Below are positions 56,149-64,000 of a stretch of 64,000 bases of DNA, in pieces. Where the stretch lies: positions 29,769 through 93,768 of the IMG/VR virus record IMGVR_UViG_3300032893_000763; one strand, 5' to 3'. The translations under genes and the position numbers were made by a program. Position 1 is the first letter of the stretch. Every line of letters begins with the position of its first letter. The notes under the pieces are model-generated. The model did no database searches. It was given only the letters and a program-made list of their open reading frames with translations, and was not told the origin of the DNA. This DNA comes from a virus.

Positions 56149-57117
56149 CTAGAGTTCGTGCGAGTCCGCGTAACGCTCCAGCGGATCGCGCTTCTCGTAG
56201 ATTGCGTTGAGCGCACCCTCGGCGTCCGAGCCGTCATCGAACAGCGGGCAGATGCGAAAGAACTCGCACTCCCATGCGCACCGATCCGGGATCGGATTCT
56301 TCGGCGCGGCCGTCTGATGATCCTCGCCTGCGTCGAGGCGGGCCTCCGTCTCTGCGATCTCGCGGGCGATGGCGACCACGTGCTTCCAGTGAGCGCGAAG
56401 CTCGTGGATGTTGTGCTCGACCTCGACCCGCTTGTAGAACGGGGGCTTGGCCCGGCTCGTGCGCTGCGACTTCTTGAGCAGGTTCACGAGGATGCCGGGG
56501 CAGTCCTCGTATGCCTCCTGCGCGGACATGCCCTGCTCGATGGAGTGCAGGAACCGCGCCAGGTGCTCGGTGAGGAACTGCGAGTTGATCCGGTAGCCGA
56601 TGATCGGCGCTTCGAGAGAGCCGGTTGTCTTGTGCTCCAGCGCGAGGCGCATCCCGTCGGACTTGCGCTCGACCGGCGCATCGAGCTTGGAGAGGAGCGT
56701 GACGCCCATCTCCGTGCCGTCGTTGTTGCGGAGCGGCACACGCACCGTCTGCTCGGAGCCGATGATCGTGAGGTCGGCGTCCTCGCCGGACTCCTCCAGC
56801 CACGTCATGTAGCCCTTGAGCATCGCCTCCACGAGGGTGAACTCCTTGCGGCGTGCGTCCTCCTCGGACGGATGCTCCGCGATGGCGAGTTCGAGCGCCG
56901 TCTCCGCGTACGTCACGGGGTCGATGCGCTCCTCGGGATTCGGCTGGTAGTACGCAGCGAGAGCGTCGTGGACGAAGTTGCCGATGGAGATGGCCGTGCC
57001 CGCACCGGGCTCGACACGCGGGCGCATCCCGCGATGGTGCCCGAGCCACCACCGACGACGGCAGCGGCGGAACACCTGCATCTCCGAGTTCGAGAGTCCG
57101 ATGCTTCCCTTCCTCAT
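56149..57117 (-). CDS. PD-(D/E)XK Cas4/RecB-like exonuclease
   Basis: SNSE..F.RCRR.W, GNFVH, KLD, EHKT, C.W.C.F..IC cluster. Confidence 0.85.
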   Translation of the reverse strand: MRKGSIGLSNSEMQVFRRCRRRWWLGHHRGMRPRVEPGAGTAISIGNFVHDALAAYYQPNPEERIDPVTYAETALELAIAEHPSEEDARRKEFTLVEAMLKGYMTWLEESGEDADLTIIGSEQTVRVPLRNNDGTEMGVTLLSKLDAPVERKSDGMRLALEHKTTGSLEAPIIGYRINSQFLTEHLARFLHSIEQGMSAQEAYEDCPGILVNLLKKSQRTSRAKPPFYKRVEVEHNIHELRAHWKHVVAIAREIAETEARLDAGEDHQTAAPKNPIPDRCAWECEFFRICPLFDDGSDAEGALNAIYEKRDPLERYADSHEL

Positions 57118-57677
57118 ACGAGTCCCTTCGGGTTGAGTTCGTGGTACCGGGCGAGGAACTTCTCCTCGGCCTTCTTGGGGCTCCACTGCTTGATCTCGAA
57201 GGGGGCGTACTCCACGTCCGGCACCCACGTCCACTTGGACGTGCCGTGCATGATGTCGCGGGCCTCGGTGATGAGCATACGCTCGTCGGCCTCCTTGACC
57301 GCAGCCGAGAACGGGAAGCGCACGTCGAACACCTGGCCGATCACCTTCTCGATCCGCTGCTCCGCGCCCCGATACGCCTGGCCGAGGCTCGGGTGGTTCT
57401 TGAGCGGCTTCGCCATGTCCTGCAACACGTACTCGGCGTCGTCGTGGTGCAGTGCGTTCCACGCCTCCTCGGGCTCCACGATGAGCGAGCAGTAGTAGGC
57501 GTGCTGCGCCACGCTGTAGTGCCACTTGGTGTGCCCCGAGAAGCGGCACTGATTGGCGAGAGCGTGCGCGATGTCGCGGATGTCCACGTCCTCGGGCTTG
57601 AGGTCGAGCGGGTCGAGCATCTTGCCCGAGAAGACGTGGATGTACGACGGCATCCGAATGTAGCCCTCCTTGCTCAC
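57114..57677 (-). CDS. HD-domain 5'-deoxynucleotidase (YfbR-like)
   Basis: DIAHALA..CRFSGH..YSVAQH..LHHDDAE..D..PLK. Confidence 0.88.
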   Translation of the reverse strand: MSKEGYIRMPSYIHVFSGKMLDPLDLKPEDVDIRDIAHALANQCRFSGHTKWHYSVAQHAYYCSLIVEPEEAWNALHHDDAEYVLQDMAKPLKNHPSLGQAYRGAEQRIEKVIGQVFDVRFPFSAAVKEADERMLITEARDIMHGTSKWTWVPDVEYAPFEIKQWSPKKAEEKFLARYHELNPKGLV

Positions 57678-57967
57678 AGGCGACCTCCTGTACGGCGAAG
57701 CCCGCGATTCACCTTCCGCGCCTGCTTCGCAACCCTCCTCGCAGCCTTGCGGCGACGAGCCTCACGAGCACCGTACGGTGTCTTCACTACGGTGTCAAGT
57801 TCCCCGAGCATGTACCACCGCTTGATGCCGTGCTGGCGCTTCGGCTTGCGCCGCCATGCGCCCTTGTGCCGGACGAGCCCGTGGAGCGGCACGCCCTTCG
57901 TCTGCGGTGTGGGGCCGGTCGAGTCACGGCCCGTCATCATGTCGATGAGCTTCACTTTGCGAGCCAC
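57674..57967 (-). CDS. Very basic small protein
   Basis: Arg/Lys-rich 97 aa; overlap packing. Confidence 0.55.
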   Translation of the reverse strand: MARKVKLIDMMTGRDSTGPTPQTKGVPLHGLVRHKGAWRRKPKRQHGIKRWYMLGELDTVVKTPYGAREARRRKAARRVAKQARKVNRGLRRTGGRL

Positions 57968-59733
57968 TCCTTGATCGTGTTCTTGTCGCGGGCGATCTCC
58001 TCCAGCATCTCCGCCTTGGTGAGGAGCACTTCACGCACGCGATCCTCGATGGTGTCCACCGTCACCACGTCGATGATGTTGACGGACGCGGCCTCCTGGC
58101 CGATGCGGTGGATGCGATCCTCGGCCTGTGCGTTCTGCACGGCGTTGAAGCTGCGCTGGAGGAACACGGCGGTCGAAGCGGCGGTGAGGGTCAGGCCCTC
58201 GCCTCCGGCCGCGAGCGTCAGGAGCAGCACCTTCAACTGCCCGGCCTGGAACAGGCGCACGTTCTCCGCCCGCTGGTAGTCCGGCACGTCGCCCGTGATG
58301 AGCCCGAACTTCCACCCGAACATCGGGCCGTCCTTCTTCCCGGCCTCCTTGATGAGCCGGTTGTAGCAGAGGTTGATGAGTTGCTTGGACTCCGCGAAGA
58401 CGACCACCTGCTCGTCGCCCACTTCGAGGATGACCTCCTCCAGGGCGTCGGCCTTACACGACGGATCGGTGAGCACGAGTTGCGTCTTCGGCTGCCCGTG
58501 CTCGTCAAGCTCGCCCGTATCCACAAGCTCGCCGTAGGCGCTAGCGAACTGCGTGAGGCGCACCGCCTGCGTGAGCGGGCTCGACGCCATCAGCACACCG
58601 GAGTCGAGCGCGGCGAGCATCTCCTTGCGCATCGTCTCGTACGCCACACCCTGCTTCGTCTTCGAGCCCGCAGGCGTCGTCATCGTCACGTAGCGGGTCG
58701 TGTAGACCTTCTCCGGCAACTGCGGGAGGACGATCTCCTTGACGCGGCGGATCATGCGCGGGTCGAAGAAGCGGAACAACTCCTCGGTGTGCTCGGACTT
58801 GAGCCCGGCGACCTGCGTGAACCCGAAGACGTTGTAGACCTCCAGGGCGTACCGCTCGATGAACTTGGACTTGTACGGGTACTCCGTCGGGGACACGAAG
58901 CGCATGAGCGTCCAGATGTCCTCCGGCGAGTTGGCGACCGGGGTGCCGGTGAGTGCGAAGCGGTGCTTCGCCCGATCCCCGATCCACCACAGTGCCCGCG
59001 TCTGCTTGGAGTGAGGATCTTTCACCTTGTGCGCCTCGTCGGCCACGACGGCGACGAACCCCACCCGGTTGAGTTCCTTCTCCTCCTTCTCCTTCTCGGA
59101 GAGTTCCATGTTGCCGTAGCCCGCGAGCCGCGTGTGCGAGCGCAGGGCCTCGTAGTTGATGATGCCCACGTCGAACTCGCCTGCGGCGATGGCCTCGATG
59201 GCCTTGATCCGCTTCGCCGGGGTGCCGGTGATGATGACCGGCTTGCGTCCCGGAGCCCACTTGGCGAACTCGTCGCGCCACGAGAACTTCATCGAGTTCG
59301 GGCAGACGATGAGCGCGGGGTAAGCGTTCAGGTATTCGAGCGTGCCGATGGCCTGCACGGACTTGCCGAGGCCCATCTCGTCGGCGTTGAGCGCGGACTG
59401 TGCCGTCGCCATGAAGCCGACACCCGCACGCTGGAACGGGTAGAGGTTGCCGAACATCGGCAGGTCGGCGTCCTCCGCACTGCGGAGCGCCATCGCGGGG
59501 TTGATCCGCGTGGCCTGCTCGTTCGCGGCCCAAGCGTTCAGCGCCGGGCCGACCTCCAGTTCGGCGGCGAAGACCGCGCGAAGCTGGACGCACGCGGCCC
59601 ACGAGAGCGGCACGTACCACACGGACTCGTCGTTGTCCCAACGAGCGCCGGGGATGATCTTCACCCGCTCCTTGTCGCGGAACTGTGCGTAGACGTTGAT
59701 CCGGCTTCCGCCGGGGTCGATCTCTGCGAGCAT
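57952..59733 (-). CDS. SNF2-family helicase
   Basis: LYPFQ, ADEMGLGKS, DEAH, LTGTP, GEGLTLT, QAEDRIHRIGQ. Confidence 0.93.
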   Translation of the reverse strand: MLAEIDPGGSRINVYAQFRDKERVKIIPGARWDNDESVWYVPLSWAACVQLRAVFAAELEVGPALNAWAANEQATRINPAMALRSAEDADLPMFGNLYPFQRAGVGFMATAQSALNADEMGLGKSVQAIGTLEYLNAYPALIVCPNSMKFSWRDEFAKWAPGRKPVIITGTPAKRIKAIEAIAAGEFDVGIINYEALRSHTRLAGYGNMELSEKEKEEKELNRVGFVAVVADEAHKVKDPHSKQTRALWWIGDRAKHRFALTGTPVANSPEDIWTLMRFVSPTEYPYKSKFIERYALEVYNVFGFTQVAGLKSEHTEELFRFFDPRMIRRVKEIVLPQLPEKVYTTRYVTMTTPAGSKTKQGVAYETMRKEMLAALDSGVLMASSPLTQAVRLTQFASAYGELVDTGELDEHGQPKTQLVLTDPSCKADALEEVILEVGDEQVVVFAESKQLINLCYNRLIKEAGKKDGPMFGWKFGLITGDVPDYQRAENVRLFQAGQLKVLLLTLAAGGEGLTLTAASTAVFLQRSFNAVQNAQAEDRIHRIGQEAASVNIIDVVTVDTIEDRVREVLLTKAEMLEEIARDKNTIKEWLAK

Positions 59734-59753
59734 AGGTTCCTCCTCCTCCTCGG

Positions 59754-60191
59754 CTACGAGGGTAGCAGACGACGCCGGTCGATGAGGTTCGCCTCCGCCA
59801 GGTACTTGACGAGATGGCCCGAGGCCGAACGTGCGTGGTCGGGGCCGGGCGTGTACCACCCGAGGCGCTTGAGCTTGTCGGAGCCTGCGAACTTGTAAGC
59901 CCCCGGCTCCTGTGTGACGAATGTCTTGCCCGCCTTCGAGCAGAGGAAGCGCAGCACACCGATCATCTCGATGGTGACGTTCGCCTCCCGAGCACGCGGG
60001 CCGGAGATGCGGAAGTCCTCGCAGACGATCACGTCCGACGCTGCGACCCACGCCTCGACCTGTGCGTAGAACTCCTCGGGCGTCCATGTCCACGCGGCGA
60101 AGCCCTCGGTGCCCTCGCCCATGAGGCCGACGTTCGTCCACGCGGCCACGCCGACGTGCGGGCCGGGGTCAACGCAGAAGACACGCATCAT
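59754..60191 (-). CDS. RuvC-like Holliday junction resolvase
   Basis: VDPG..G.A, VCEDF, EMIG, HARSA. Confidence 0.75.
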   Translation of the reverse strand: MMRVFCVDPGPHVGVAAWTNVGLMGEGTEGFAAWTWTPEEFYAQVEAWVAASDVIVCEDFRISGPRAREANVTIEMIGVLRFLCSKAGKTFVTQEPGAYKFAGSDKLKRLGWYTPGPDHARSASGHLVKYLAEANLIDRRRLLPS

Positions 60192-60598
60192 GTGGCAGGC
60201 ACCCCGCCCTCTTGGATGTTGAGCGCGACCCGTGCGCCCTCGATCCGCTGGACGTAGAGGTTGTACCGCGCGAGCGTGGCCGGGTAGCCGAGCACGTACT
60301 CGCGTGTGCGCTCCTCCCACGGGCCGAACTCGCATCCCTCCGGGAACTGCGAGGCGGTGAGGTCGTAGATCACGTCGTTGGCAAGGAGGTTCGCGTAGTG
60401 CGACTCCTCGCGGCCATCGGGGTAGGTGACGACGCAGCGGATGAGACGCCCTTCGAGGGCGTCTTGGATCACGCACGCGGTGATCGCGCACTGCCCGCGC
60501 GAGGGGTTGGCCTTGCTCCACTCCTCCGGGCTCGCGCTCGTCTCGGCGTTCCACGCCGCACACAGCACGGCGATGTTCAAGTCGTACTCGTCGCTCAT
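60188..60598 (-). CDS. YunG-like protein
   Basis: W..NPSRGQCAITA..QD..G..HY.N..DLT..QF. Confidence 0.75.
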   Translation of the reverse strand: MSDEYDLNIAVLCAAWNAETSASPEEWSKANPSRGQCAITACVIQDALEGRLIRCVVTYPDGREESHYANLLANDVIYDLTASQFPEGCEFGPWEERTREYVLGYPATLARYNLYVQRIEGARVALNIQEGGVPAT

Positions 60599-61173
60599 CA
60601 GTGCCCTCCGTAGATGTCGGGGATGTCGCACTCGCCATCCGGCAAGTGCGTGCCGTCGCAGCGGACGTGGTGCTTCTTGACGGGCGAGCAACACCCGTCG
60701 CAGCCGTGCACGTCGATCCCGTCCACGATCTCGTCGGGATCGGGGTGGCCGATGCCATGCGGACAGATGCGCTCCATGTGCGGGGGCTTGATGTCGAACG
60801 GCCCGCCCGTGCGCCAGTTCGTCGGCCAGTCCTTCATGTGGTGGTCGCTCGGGTGGTGGATCACGCAGCCGCGCCCGACGCAGTGCTTGGCGTCGTGGAC
60901 GCGAACGATGACCTGGCCCGTGCCCGTCGTGTACGTGTTCTCGTCGGGGTCGAACGTCCCTCCGTTGGGGATGGTCGGCACCGAGATGATCTCACGCGGC
61001 TCCTCGACCGGCTCCTCCTCGACCGGCTCGGGGCCGAGCACGTCGGTGATGAGCGTCTCGATGTCCTCGCGGGCGATGTAGAAGTACCAACCGCTCGTGA
61101 GGTAGTTGCCCTCGCGGGCCTTGATGAACGCCTCACGCAGCCTCTCGGCGGCGCGGACTACCTTGTCATCCAT
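60598..61173 (-). CDS. Cys/His-rich hypothetical protein
   Basis: CVIHHPSDHHM..ERICPHGIGHPDPD..HGCDGCC. Confidence 0.75.
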   Translation of the reverse strand: MDDKVVRAAERLREAFIKAREGNYLTSGWYFYIAREDIETLITDVLGPEPVEEEPVEEPREIISVPTIPNGGTFDPDENTYTTGTGQVIVRVHDAKHCVGRGCVIHHPSDHHMKDWPTNWRTGGPFDIKPPHMERICPHGIGHPDPDEIVDGIDVHGCDGCCSPVKKHHVRCDGTHLPDGECDIPDIYGGH

Positions 61174-61495
61174 TCTTTCTCCCGTCCGGCGCTGCGAGAT
61201 GGCCGAGCGCCTCGATTGCGCGAGCACGGCGGCGCTCGCAGAGGTACGGGAGCATAGCCTCAAGCACGTTGACTACATCATCGCGCCGGAAGCACTCCCA
61301 CCGCGTCATGCGGCCCTTGGCAGGGTAGACCTTACCTACTCCGAAGACACGGAGCAGTTCGGAGATCACGTCCGCGTCCTTCGACCCGACCACTAACGTC
61401 ACGTGCTGGCGATAGCGTCCCTTGGGCTTACGTACCGAGATACAGCCCTCGCCCTCAAACACGCCCGTCGCCCACTCTACGCCGCGCGAAGCCAC
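61166..61495 (-). CDS. Free-standing single-motif LAGLIDADG homing endonuclease-like protein
   Basis: WATGVFEGEGCI motif; FGVGKV; LPYL. Confidence 0.75.
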   Translation of the reverse strand: MASRGVEWATGVFEGEGCISVRKPKGRYRQHVTLVVGSKDADVISELLRVFGVGKVYPAKGRMTRWECFRRDDVVNVLEAMLPYLCERRRARAIEALGHLAAPDGRKNG

Positions 61496-63318
61496 TCTGC
61501 ATCCTCTGTGGGAATGTACTTGGGGAAGTCGTCGCGGTAGTGGTCGCCCCACCGATGCACGATGTCGGACTCGATCTCAAGAGTCACGCCGGGAAACGCA
61601 TGGCGCTCGGGCATGACCTCCTCGATGATCGCCTTGACGTGGTGGCGCTCCTCGATGGGAACCTCGTAGATGAGTTCGTCGTGCACCGCGAGCCGGAAGT
61701 ATTCCCCGATGCCCGCGTGGTCAAGCTGGACGATCTTCTGCTTGAGCACGACCGCGCACGAGCCCTGGATGGTGAAGTTGACGCCCTTGTACGCCTTCTC
61801 CGCCTCGACCGGCAACCACCGGCCGTCGATGAGTGTGACGTGGCCGTAGCCGCGCCGCTTGCCTCCGGCGCTCGTGATGACCTGCTCGACCACCTTGGCG
61901 GCGTAACCCTTGATGCCGGGGAACATCTCATCGTACTGCTTGCGGAACTCGCGGGCCTGGTCAACGGGGATCTCGGCGGTGACGGCGAACTTCTCCACAC
62001 CTGCGCCGTAGATGTTGGCGAAGCCGCCGTTCTTGCAGAGGGTGCGCTGCGGCTTGGTGAAGTTCTCGCCGTAGAGCTTGGTCGCGGTGAAGTTGTGGAG
62101 GTCTTCGCCGCGAGCGTAGGCGGCGAGCATCTCGGGCTCCTGTGCGAACGACGCGAGCACACGCATCTCCATGCCCGAGAAGTCGGCCATCACGAAGCAG
62201 TGCCCGTCGCGCGGGATGATCGCGTCCCGGATCACGCGACCGCGAGGGAGCGTCTGGAGCGGCGGGTCGGTGACGGACATGCGGCCGGTGCGTGCGGCGA
62301 CCGGCTTGGTGCTCGGATGGAGTGCGCCGTAGACGCCGAGGCCCACGGCATCGCCCTTCGTGTTGATGCCGTAGCCGACGTTGGCGAACTTGCGGATGTA
62401 CGAGTTGAGCAGGCGCTCGTCCTTGCGCCACTGCGAGAGCACGGTGGCGATGGGGAAGCTCCCGCCCGCCTCGGAGCCGAGCCACTTGAGCACGTCCTTG
62501 TCCACGCTGAGGTTGCCGTTCTCGGTGTAGACATCCCACTGTGCGCCCATCGCGTGCAGTGCGTCGATGACCTGCTTGTCGCTGCCAGGGTTGAGGCCCG
62601 GCGCGAGCGCCTCGATCTGTGCTTCGAGGTCGTAGACGGACTGCGCGAGCTTCTGCTCCGCGAGCCAACGGTAGCCCTCGTCCACGCGGAGCCCGGCAAG
62701 CTCGGCCTCGCGGAGGCAGTGGATCGCGGCAAGCTCGATCTCGTAGGGCACCTTGCGTGTCTCGGGATAGAGCTTCTCCGCGAGCGCCGACGAGAGGCAG
62801 GTGTCCAGCACGCCGTACTTCCAGTATGCGGGCACCCACGTAGGGATCGTGGCCCACGTCCAGCCGCCCTCGACCATCGCCTTCTTGAGAAGCTCCTGGC
62901 CCAAGGTCGCACGCTTGTCGATCCAGCGCCCGGCGGCGGGCTTGAGGCCCATCGCGGCGGCGGGGTCGGCCAGGTGGGTCATAATCATCGAGTCGTGCGC
63001 GAGCTTCTGCGGGATGACGATGCCGTCGTGCTTGAGCATCTTCGAGTCGAACAGGAGGTTGTGGCAGACAATGGGGCGGTCGTACCGCTTCACGGCGTCC
63101 GCCACGACACCGCGCCAGTCGTTGTAGTCGAACGCCCACCCCGTCTCGCAGTCTCCGAACTGCGCCAGGCGAATCTTGTCGTAGCCGACGAGCAGCCCGC
63201 TCGTCTCGACATCGACGGCGAGGAACTCGCGGCGCTGCCCGAGCCACTCGAAGAACTCCCACACGTGCTCGATCTTCTCCACCCGGCGCAGCCGGATGTT
63301 GGCGATGTTGTCGATCAC
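61477..63318 (-). CDS. polA: DNA polymerase, family A (3'-5' exonuclease plus polymerase)
   Basis: DVETSG, HN..FD, TGRMS..P.LQ, DFSGMEMR, K...F...YG, VHDEL. Confidence 0.95.
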   Translation of the reverse strand: MIDNIANIRLRRVEKIEHVWEFFEWLGQRREFLAVDVETSGLLVGYDKIRLAQFGDCETGWAFDYNDWRGVVADAVKRYDRPIVCHNLLFDSKMLKHDGIVIPQKLAHDSMIMTHLADPAAAMGLKPAAGRWIDKRATLGQELLKKAMVEGGWTWATIPTWVPAYWKYGVLDTCLSSALAEKLYPETRKVPYEIELAAIHCLREAELAGLRVDEGYRWLAEQKLAQSVYDLEAQIEALAPGLNPGSDKQVIDALHAMGAQWDVYTENGNLSVDKDVLKWLGSEAGGSFPIATVLSQWRKDERLLNSYIRKFANVGYGINTKGDAVGLGVYGALHPSTKPVAARTGRMSVTDPPLQTLPRGRVIRDAIIPRDGHCFVMADFSGMEMRVLASFAQEPEMLAAYARGEDLHNFTATKLYGENFTKPQRTLCKNGGFANIYGAGVEKFAVTAEIPVDQAREFRKQYDEMFPGIKGYAAKVVEQVITSAGGKRRGYGHVTLIDGRWLPVEAEKAYKGVNFTIQGSCAVVLKQKIVQLDHAGIGEYFRLAVHDELIYEVPIEERHHVKAIIEEVMPERHAFPGVTLEIESDIVHRWGDHYRDDFPKYIPTEDAEWLRAA

Positions 63319-63339
63319 GCCGGGTGGAGTTCGATCACG

Positions 63340-63456
63340 CTAGAGAATCTCGGCAAGGAGCACGAGCAGGGCGACCACGACGGAGAGCGCGAAGCACCAC
63401 GGCGTGACGACGAGCCCGAGAATGATGCCGAGCACGAACAGGAAGAAAAGACCCAC
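63340..63456 (-). CDS. Small membrane peptide
   Basis: 38 aa, fully hydrophobic. Confidence 0.45.
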   Translation of the reverse strand: MGLFFLFVLGIILGLVVTPWCFALSVVVALLVLLAEIL

Positions 63457-63458
63457 AG

Positions 63459-64000
63459 CTACCCCCTCGGGGAGATGGATTCGATGCGGCCATCGACCGC
63501 ATCCCGGATCGCCATGTAGGCGTCGAGGGTCTTGTAGAGATCCTCGATGGTGCCGTTGTTGTAGAGCGTCGTGTCGATCATGTCCTCCGGCAGCGGCTTC
63601 TCGCTCGCGTGCGTGTCGCCGTCCTCGACGCCCGGACGCACGACCTCCACGATGGTGCCGCCGACGGCCCGCACCGCGCCGCACTCGTTCTCGAAGCGCG
63701 AGTCGGTGATGACGTACAGGCCGTCCTCCTCCAACGAGTCGATGAGGATGCGAGTCCAGAAGTCCGCGCCGAAGATGTCGCGGTGGCCCTCCGTGCCGAA
63801 GAACTGGAGGTACTCGCGCACCGAGATGTTGACCTCCTCGATGCCGTCCACGACGAGGAGCACCCGAGCATCCGGGTTGTTCTTCCACTCCTCGAACGTC
63901 GTCTCGTCCGCCGGGAGCCCGAGGCTCGCGGCTGCGCTGCGCTTGAGGTCACGAGCGAACGAGAGCCGCTCGAACCCGTACTTCGACACGAGGTACTCGC
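63459..64000 (-). CDS. Deoxynucleoside monophosphate kinase (5' truncated by the window edge)
   Basis: SFARDLK, REYLQ.FGTE, ITDSRFENE, HASE. Confidence 0.9.
   Translation of the reverse strand, partial: EYLVSKYGFERLSFARDLKRSAAASLGLPADETTFEEWKNNPDARVLLVVDGIEEVNISVREYLQFFGTEGHRDIFGADFWTRILIDSLEEDGLYVITDSRFENECGAVRAVGGTIVEVVRPGVEDGDTHASEKPLPEDMIDTTLYNNGTIEDLYKTLDAYMAIRDAVDGRIESISPRG

Noticed and set aside
56149-57117. Cas4 as part of a CRISPR-Cas locus
   Set aside because: Sits in a Sak4/SSB recombination module; no other cas genes or array
57114-57677. DatZ-type dATPase implying a 2-aminoadenine genome
   Set aside because: No PurZ/MazZ recognised in the window; a generic HD nucleotidase is the simpler call

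Overview
This 64 kb window is almost entirely a high-GC tailed (siphovirus-like) phage genome segment, most likely infecting an actinobacterial host. The host call is an inference from GC content, leaderless TANNNT-N6-ATG promoters and gene families. Virion genes (XkdF-like prohead protease, scaffold, major capsid, head-tail joining, major tail, chaperones, tape measure, Dit, minor tail, collagen/Gly-rich fibre, portal, giant MuF) lie on the + strand in an unusually scrambled order, interleaved with cassettes of small early-type genes. A minus-strand replication/recombination module occupies about 53-64 kb: Pol A, SNF2 helicase, RuvC-like resolvase, PD-(D/E)XK nuclease, Sak4-like ATPase, SSB-like protein, HD hydrolase and dNMP kinase. 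No terminase or endolysin was recognised here. The main points of interest are: (1) an RNA island at 7.1-8.4 kb holding a ~750 nt highly base-paired non-coding RNA candidate, a tmRNA with an unusual 28-residue tag, and a tRNA-like RNA with no anticodon loop; (2) a 10-copy dispersed promoter element (palindrome TCMCCC-N4-GGGKGA, 20-23 bp, CGATACT, 6 bp, ATG) that defines a leaderless regulon; (3) a 1592-aa MuF protein carrying two GNAT, one ADP-ribosyltransferase and one HExxH peptidase domain; (4) a phage operon of ExbB/TolQ-like, ExbD-like and FtsH genes; (5) a sortase with a collagen-like substrate ending in LAYTK; (6) four glycosyltransferases and a PIG-L deacetylase among the virion genes. 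All family assignments come from motif recognition by eye; no database searches were run.
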